Assembly: GCF_006345805.1 (NCBI RefSeq)
Contig: NW_021828779.1
Location: 1-7,619 of the forward strand
DNA length: 7,619 nt
Reading direction: 5' to 3'
Source of the DNA: Octopus sinensis
Taxonomy: Eukaryota
In this document: positions 1 through 7,619 of the stretch, piece after piece
Layout: every line of letters starts with the position of its first letter
How positions within the stretch are numbered: the first letter of the stretch is position 1
The notes under the pieces: model-generated
What the model saw: the letters and a program-made list of their open reading frames with translations, nothing else
Database searches by the model: none
Told to the model about the DNA's origin: nothing
Position numbers and translations under genes: made by a program

Positions 1-16
1 TATCTCCCTCCTCTCT
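1..16. repeat. Degenerate TC-rich low-complexity tract (imperfect (TC)n)
   Basis: TATCTCCCTCCTCTCT is a pyrimidine-rich, interrupted TC dinucleotide run. It is truncated by the window edge. Confidence 0.5.
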
Positions 17-23
17 GTTTTAA

Positions 24-170
24 GAATTTTAACCAATGAAATCCCAGCATCTTCGAACTTTAACCAATGAAATCCCAGCATCTTCGAACTTTAACCAATG
101 AAATCCCAACATCTTCGAATTTTAACCAATGAAATCCCAGCATCTTCAAATTTTAACCAATGAAATCCCA
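24..170. repeat. 31-bp minisatellite, ~4.7 head-to-tail copies (consensus GAAYTTTAACCAATGAAATCCCAGCATCTTC)
   Basis: Copies lie at 24-54, 55-85, 86-116 and 117-147, with a partial copy at 148-170. AACCAATG recurs at 31, 62, 93, 124 and 155 (exact 31-bp period). Copies differ by only 1-2 substitutions and have no spacers. Confidence 0.97.
31..163 (+). promoter_or_regulatory. Five phased CCAAT-box-like motifs (AACCAATGA); function unproven
   Basis: CCAAT occurs at 33, 64, 95, 126 and 157, in a context matching the NF-Y consensus RRCCAATSR. This is a motif match only, and the multiplicity comes from the tandem repeat. Confidence 0.2.
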
Positions 171-216
171 CCATTGCTGCGTTATCGATATTGATAAAGA
201 AATATAGCAGACGCAC

Positions 217-218
<2 letters not shown>
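171..218. other. 48-bp non-repetitive linker between the two repeat arrays
   Basis: CCATTGCTGCGTTATCGATATTGATAAAGAAATATAGCAGACGCACGA occurs once in the window and is its only substantial non-repetitive sequence. Confidence 0.85.
183..190. promoter_or_regulatory. TATCGATA palindrome, identical to the DRE (DREF-binding DNA replication-related element); function unproven
   Basis: Exact 8-bp match to the Drosophila DRE sequence. It is a single short motif, and the host organism is unknown. Confidence 0.15.
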
Positions 219-250
<32 letters not shown>

Positions 251-260
251 CTCTCTCTCT
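219..260. repeat. Compound microsatellite (CA)14(CT)7 opening the satellite array
   Basis: CA x14 at 219-246 and CT x7 at 247-260. This is the longest uninterrupted CA run I found in the window. Confidence 0.95.
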
Positions 261-1801
261 CAAACACATGCATATACATTTGCACAAGCACATAGTAATT
301 AATATATAAGCGTACACACACATACAAACGACACACACACACAGTCTCTCTCTCTCCCTCTCTCTCAAACACATGCATATACATTCGCACAAGCACATAG
401 TAATTAATATATAAGCGTACACACACATCAAAAACGACACACACACACACACTCTCTCTCTCTCTCTCCTCTCTCTCAAACACATGCATATACATTTGCA
501 CAAGCACAAAGTAATTAATATTATAAGCGTACACACACATACAAACGACACACACACAACACTCTCTCTCTCTCTCAAACACATGCATATACATTTGCAC
601 AAGCACAAAGTAATTAATATATAAGCGTACACCACACACACACTCTCTCTCCTCTCTCTCTCTCTCTCTCTCAAACACATGCATATACATTTGCACAAGC
701 ACATAGTAATTAATATATAAGCGTACACACACATACAAACGACACACACACACACACTCTCTCTCTCTCTCAAACACATGCATATACATTTGCACAAGCA
801 CAAAGTAATTAATATATAAGCGTACACACACACACACTCTCTCTCTCTCTCTCTCAAACACATGCATATACATTTGCACAAGCACATAGTAATTAATATA
901 TAAGCGTACACACACACACACTCTCTCTCTCTCTCTCAAACACATGCATATACATTTGCACAAGCACATAGTAATTAATATATAAGCGTACACACACATA
1001 CAAACGACACACACACACACACTCTCTCTCTCTCTCAAACACATGCATATACATTTGCACAAGCACATAGTAATTAATATATAAGCGTACACACACACAC
1101 ACTCTCTCTCTCTCTCTCTCAAACACATGCATATACATTTGCACAAGCACATAGTAATTAATATATAAGCGTACACACACACACACTCTCTCTCTCTCTC
1201 TCTCAAACACATGCATATACATTTGCACAAGCACAAAGTAATTAATATATAAGCGTACACACACACACACACTCTCTCTCTCTCTCTCAAACACATGCAT
1301 ATACATTTGCACAAGCACATAGTAATTAATATATAAGCGTACACACACACACACACTCTCTCTCTCTCTCTCTCAAACACATGCATATACATTTGCACAA
1401 GCACATAGTAATTAATATATAAGCGTACACACACACACACACTCTCTCTCTCTCTCTCAAACACATGCATATACATTTGCACAAGCACATAGTAATTAAT
1501 ATATAAGCGTACACACACATACAAACGACACACACAACACACTCTCTCTCTCTCTCAAACACATGCATATACATTTGCACAAGCACATAGTAATTAATAT
1601 ATAAGCGTACACACACACACACTCTCTCTCTCTCTCTCTCAAACACATGCATATACATTTGCACAAGCACAAAAGTAATAATATATAAGCGTACACACAC
1701 ACACACTCTCTCTCTCTCTCTCAAACACATGCATATACATTTGCACAAGCACAAAGTAATTAATATAAGCGTACACACACACAACTCTCTCCTCTCTCTC
1801 T

Positions 1802-2717
1802 CAAACACATGCATATACATTTGCACAAGCACATAGTTAATAATATAAGCGTACACACACACACACTCTCTCTCTCTCTCTCAAACACATGCATATACAT
1901 TTGCACAAGCACATAGTAATTAATATATAAGCGTACACACACACACACTCTCTCTCTCTCTCTCTCAAACACATGCATATACATTTGCACAAGCACATAG
2001 TAATTAATATATAAGCGTACACACACACACACTCTCTCTCTCTCTCTCTCAACACATGACATGCAATTTGCACAAGCACATAGTAATTAATATATAAGCG
2101 TACACACACACACACTCTCTCTCTCTCTCTCTCAAACACATGCATATACATTTGCACAAGCACATAGTAATTAATATATAAGCGTACACACACACACACA
2201 CTCTCTCTCTCTCTCTCTCAAACACATGCATATACATTTGCACAAGCACATAGTAATTAATATATAAGCGTACACACACACACACTCTCTCTCTCTCTCT
2301 CTCAAACACATGCATATACATTTGCACAAGCACATAGTAATTAATATATAAGCGTACACACACACACACTCTCTCTCTCTCTCAAACACATGCATATACA
2401 TTTGCACAAGCACATAGTAATTAATATATAAGCGTACACACACACACACCTCTCTCTCTCTCTCTCAAACACATGCATATACATTTGCACAAGCACATAG
2501 TAATTAATATATAAGCGTACACACACACACACTCTCCTCTCTCTCTCTCTCAAACACATGCATATACATTTGCACAAGCACATAGTAATTAATATATAAG
2601 CGTACACACACACACACTCTCTCTCTCTCTCTCAAACACATGCATATACATTTGCACAAGCACATAGTAATTAATATATAAGCGTACACACAACACACAC
2701 TCTCTCTCTCTCTCTCT
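1802..2717. repeat. Homogeneous S-monomer domain 1 (units 18-28, 11 copies of 80-86 bp)
   Basis: No TACAAACGA insert and no CACAAAG variant occurs between core starts 1802 and 2633. Confidence 0.9.
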
Positions 2718-4433
2718 CAAACACATGCATATACATTTGCACAAGCACATAGTAATTAATATATAAGCGTACACACACATACAAACGACACACACACACA
2801 CACACTCTTCTCTCTCTCAAACACATGCATATACATTTGCACAAGCACATAGTAATTAATATATAAGCATACACACACGTACAAACGACACACACACACA
2901 CACTCTCTCTCTCTCTCAAACACATGCATATACATTTGCACAAGCACATAGTAATTAATATATAAGCGTACACACACATACAAACGACACACACACACAC
3001 TCTCTCTCTCTCTCTCTCTCTCAAACACATGCATATACATTTGCACAAGCACATAGTAATTAATATATAAGCGTACACACACATACAAACGACACACACA
3101 CACACCACTCTCTCTCTCTCTCAAACACATGCATATACATTGCACAAGCACATAGTAATTAATATAAGCGTACACACACACACTCTCTCTCTCTCTCTCT
3201 CAAACACATGCATATACATTTGCACAAGCACATAGTAATTAATATATAAGCGTACACACACACACACTCTCTCTCTCTCTCTCAAACACATGCATATACA
3301 TTTGCACAAGCACATAGTAATTAATATATAAGCGTACACACACACACACACTCTCTCTCTCTCTCTCTCTCAAACACATGCATAGACATTTGCACAAGCA
3401 CATAGTAATTAATATATAAGCGTACACACACATACAAACGACACACACACACTCTCTCTCTCTCTCTCTCAAACACATGCATATACATTTGCACAAGCAC
3501 ATAGTAATTAATATATAAGCGTACACACACATACAAACGACACACAACACACACACTCTCTCTCTCTCTCAAACACATGCATATACATTTGCACAAGCAC
3601 ATAGTAAATATATAAGCATACACACACGTACACAAACGACACACACACACACTCTCTCTCTCTCTCAAACACATGCATATACATTTGCACAAGCACAAAG
3701 TAATTAATATATAAGCGTACACACACACACACTCTCTCTCTCTCTCTCTCAAACACATGCATATACATTTGCACAAGCACATAGTAATTAATATATAAGC
3801 GTACACACACACACACTCTCTCTCTCTCTCTCTCAAACACATGCATATACATTTGCACAAGCACATAGTAATTAATATATAAGCGTACACACACACACAC
3901 ACTCTCTCTCTCTCTCTCAAACACATGCATATACATTTGCACAAGCACATAGTAATTAATATATAAGCGTACACACACACACACTCTCTCTCTCTCCTCT
4001 CTCAAACACATGCATATACATTTGCACAAGCACAAAGTAATTAATATAAGCGTACACACACACACACTCTCTCTCTCTCTCTCAAACACATGCATATACA
4101 TTTGCACAAGCACATAGTAATTAATATATAAGCGTACACACACATACAAACGACACACACACACACACTCTCTCTCTCTCTCAAACACATGCATATACAT
4201 TTGCACAAGCACAAAGTAATTAATATATAAGCGTACACACACACACACACACTCTCTCTCTCTCTCTCAAACACATGCATATACATTTGCACAAGCACAT
4301 AGTAATTAATATATAGCGTACACACACACACACTCTCTCTCTCTCTCTCTCAAACACATGCATATACATTTGCACAAGCACAAAGTAATTAATATATAAG
4401 CGTACACACACCACACACTCTCTCTCTCTCTCT

Positions 4434-5202
4434 CAAACACATGCATATACATTTGCACAAGCACATAGTATTAATATATAAGCGTACACACACACACACT
4501 CTCTCTCTCTCTCTCTCAAACACATGCATATACATTTGCACAAGCACATAGTAATTAATATTAAGCGTACACACACACAACACTCTCTCTCTCTCTCTCT
4601 CAAAACACATTGCATATACATTTGCACAAGCACATAGTAATTAATATATAAGCGTACACACACACACACACACACTCTCTCTCTCTCTCTCTCAAACACA
4701 TGCATATACATTTGCACAAGCACATAGTAATTAATATATAAGCGTACACACACACACACTCTCTCTCTCTCTCTCAAACACATGCATATACATTTGCACA
4801 AGCACATAGTAATTAATATATAAGCGTACACACACACACACACTCTCTCTCTCTCTCTCTCAAACACATGCATATACATTTGCACAAGCACATAGTAATT
4901 AATATATAAGCGTACACACACACACACTCTCTCTCTCTCTCTCTCAAACACATGCATATACATTTGCACAAGCACATAGTAATTAATATATAAGCGTACA
5001 CACACACACACTCTCTCTCTCTCTCTCTCTCAAACACATGCATATACATTTGCACAAGCACATAGTAATTAATATATAAGCGTACACACACACACACACT
5101 CTCTCTCTCTCTCTCTCAAACACATGCATATACATTTGCACAAGCACATAGTAATTAATATATAAGCGTACACACACACACACTCTCTCTCTCTCTCTCT
5201 CT
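4434..5202. repeat. Homogeneous S-monomer domain 2 (units 48-56, 9 copies of 82-92 bp)
   Basis: No TACAAACGA insert and no CACAAAG variant occurs between core starts 4434 and 5117. Confidence 0.9.
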
Positions 5203-5851
5203 CAAACACATGCATATACATTTGCACAAGCACATAGTAATTAATATATAAGCGTACACACACATACAAACGACACACACACCACACTCTCTCTCTCTCT
5301 CAAACACATGCATATACATTTGCACAAGCACATAGTAATTAATATAAGCGTACACACACATACAAACGACACAACACACACACACTCTCTCTCTCTCTCA
5401 AACACATGCATATACATTGCACAAGCACATAGTAATTAATATAAGCGTACACACACATACAAACGACACGCACACACACTCTCTCTCTCTCTCTCTCTCT
5501 CAAACACATGCATATACATTTGCACAAGCACATAGTAATTAATATATAAGCGTACACACACATACAAACGACACACACACACACACTCTCTCTCTCTCTC
5601 AAACACATGCATATACATTTGCACAAGCACATAGTAATTAATATATAAGCGTACACACACACACTCTCTCTCTCTCTCTCTCAAACACATGCATATACAT
5701 TTGCACAAGCACATAGTAATTAATATATAAGCGTACACACACACACACTCTCTCTCTCTCTCTCTCAAACACATGCATATACATTTGCACAAGCACATAG
5801 TAATTAATATATAAGCGTACACACACACACACTCTCTCTCTCTCTCTCTCT

Positions 5852-6964
5852 CAAACACATGCATATACATTTGCACAAGCACATAGTAATTAATATATAA
5901 GCGTACACACATACAAACGACACACACACACTCTCTCTCTCTCTCTCTCTCTCTCACACATGCATATACATTTGCACAAGCACATAGTAATTAATATATA
6001 AGCGTACACACACATACAAACGACACACACACACACACACTCTCTCTCTCTCTCAAACACATGCATATACATTTGCACAAGCACATAGTAATTAATATAT
6101 AAGCGTACACACACATACAAACGACACACACACACACACTCTCTCTCTCTCTCAAACACATGCATATACATTTGCACAAGCACATAGTAATTAATATATA
6201 AGCGTACACACACATACAAACGACACACACACACACACTCTCTCTCTCTCAAACACATGCATATACATTTGCACAAGCACATAGTAATTAATATATAAGC
6301 GTACACACACATACAAACGACACAACACACACACTCCTCTCTCTCAAACACATGCATATACATTTGCACAAGCACATAGTAATTAATATATAAGCGTACA
6401 CACACATACAAACGACACACACACACACACTCTCTCTCTCCCTCTCTCTCTCTCTCAAACACATGCATATACATTTGCACAAGCACATAGTAATTAATAT
6501 ATAAGCGTACACACACATACAAACGACACACACACACACACACTCTCTCTCTCTCTCTCTCTCAACACATGCATATACATTTGCACAAGCACATAGTAAT
6601 TAATATATAAGCGTACACACACATACAAACGACACACACACACACACTCTCTCTCTCTCTCTCAAACACATGCATATACATTTGCACAAGCACATAGTAA
6701 TTATATATAAGCGTACACACACATACAAACGACACACACACACACACCACTCTCTCCTCTCTCTCTCTCTCTCTCAAACACATGCATATACATTTGCACA
6801 AGCACATAGTAATTAATATATAAGCGTACACACACATACAAACGACACACACACACACACACTCTCTCTCTCTCTCTCTCTCTCAAACACATGCATATAC
6901 ATTTGCACAAGCACATAGTAATTAATATATAAGCGTACACACACATACAAACGACACACACACA

Positions 6965-6998
<34 letters not shown>

Positions 6999-7619
6999 CA
7001 CATGCATATACATTTGCACAAGCACATAGTAATTAATATATAAGCGTACACACACATACAAACGACACACACACACACACACTCTCTCTCTCTCTCTCTC
7101 TCAAACACATGCATATACATTTGCACAAGCACATAGTAATTAATATATAAGCGTACACACACATACAAACGACACACACACACACACTCTCTCTCTCTCT
7201 CTCAAACACATGCATATACATTTGCACAAGCACATAGTAATTAATATATAAGCGTACACACACATACAAACGACACACACAAACACACACACTCTCCTCT
7301 CTCCTCTCTCTCTCAAACACATGCATATACATTTGCACAAGCACATAGTAATTAATATATAAGCGTACACACACATACAAACGACACACACACACACACT
7401 CTCTCTCTCTCAAACACATGCATATACATTTGCACAAGCACATAGTAATTAATATATAAGCATACACACACATACAAACAACACACACACACACCTCTCT
7501 CTCCTCTCTCTCTCTCTCTCTCTCAAACACATGCATATACATTTGCACAAGCACATAGTAATTAATATATAAGCGTACACACACATACAAACGACACACA
7601 CACACACACACTCTCTTTC
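5852..7619. repeat. Homogeneous L-monomer domain (units 64-80, 17 consecutive copies)
   Basis: Every monomer from core start 5852 onward carries the TACAAAC(G/A)A insert. Confidence 0.92.

Larger units (their letters stand above)
219..7619. repeat. Satellite / large minisatellite array: 80 copies of a 54-bp core with (CA)n(CT)n spacers; two monomer classes (S ~80-96 bp, mode 84; L ~95-113 bp, mode 99)
   Basis: Core starts were traced by hand from 261, 366, 477, 576, 672, 771, 855, 937, 1036 and so on to 7314, 7411 and 7524. Cores are nearly identical. L monomers carry (CA)4TACAAACGA between the core and the (CA)n(CT)n spacer. The array runs to the window end. Confidence 0.99.

Noticed and set aside
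20-23. TTAA at the left edge of the 31-bp array as a piggyBac target-site duplication
   Set aside because: TTAA occurs in every 31-mer and every satellite core, and no terminal inverted repeat or matching right end is visible.
36-60. Heat-shock element (TTCGAA) or NF-kB site (GGGATTTCAT on the minus strand) in the 31-mer
   Set aside because: An HSE needs TTCnnGAA spacing, which is absent. The kB-like sequence lacks the terminal CC of GGGRNWYYCC.
24-170. 31-bp repeats as a CRISPR array
   Set aside because: The repeat length is CRISPR-like, but the copies are directly head-to-tail with no unique spacers, leader or cas genes.
182-197. TTATC/GATAA hairpin as a Helitron 3' terminus or a terminator
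   Set aside because: The stem is only 5 bp and AT-rich, with no CTRR end shortly after it on either strand and no U-tract.
278-285. ATTTGCAC as a POU octamer site
   Set aside because: It has one mismatch to ATTTGCAT in a short AT-rich motif, which is expected by chance.
153-917. Resemblance of CLCKCICMC to metallothionein, zinc-finger or keratin-associated Cys-rich proteins
   Set aside because: The CxC pattern arises automatically from TG-alternating DNA (TGT/TGC codons). There is no family-specific spacing, and frame is not preserved between repeats.
91-7611. All minus-strand ORFs in the track (up to 483 aa; Cys/Val/Glu/Arg/Tyr-rich)
   Set aside because: They are translations of the satellite: ERER from (GA)n, CVCV from (GT)n, and two alternative core frames that switch whenever spacer length changes. 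They overlap in several frames, have no recognisable domain, and exist only because two minus frames lack stops.
261-7619. 54-bp core with variable spacers as a CRISPR-like or information-storing array
   Set aside because: The spacers are only (CA)n(CT)n with or without one fixed 9-bp motif. They contain no acquired foreign sequence, and their variation is explained by slippage and unequal exchange.
219-7619. Telomeric repeat or telomere-associated array
   Set aside because: There is no TTAGGG, TTAGG, TTTAGGG or similar G-run motif on either strand. A subtelomeric location cannot be judged from this window.
7611-7619. CTCTCTTTC as the true right boundary of the array
   Set aside because: A single C>T difference at the window edge cannot distinguish an array end from a point variant or error. 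Downstream sequence is needed.

Overview
This window is almost entirely non-coding tandem-repeat DNA of eukaryotic type. I see no credible gene, RNA gene, CRISPR array or autonomous mobile element. Layout: (i) 1-16, a degenerate TC tract; (ii) 24-170, a 31-bp minisatellite of about 4.7 copies, each with an AACCAATGA (CCAAT-box-like) motif; (iii) 171-218, a 48-bp non-repetitive linker containing the palindrome TATCGATA; (iv) 219-7619, a satellite array of 80 copies (counted by hand) of a 54-bp core (CAAACACATGCATATACATTTGCACAAGCACATAGTAATTAATATATAAGCGTA), separated by compound (CA)n(CT)n microsatellites. Monomers come in two states. The short state (S; 45 copies; mode 84 bp) has the spacer (CA)n(CT)n. 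The long state (L; 35 copies; mode 99 bp) has the spacer (CA)4-TACAAACGA-(CA)n(CT)n. S/L states and shared point variants are arranged in blocks, which records the array's expansion history and hints at an old ~2.3-2.5 kb duplication. All listed ORFs are minus-strand translations of the repeat and are treated as artefacts. I find no evidence for a new protein-coding system. The points worth following up are the microsatellite-built two-state satellite, its likely origin at the 5' junction, and the promoter-like motif module at its edge; all functional readings are hypotheses. Many singleton indels look like long-read or consensus errors.
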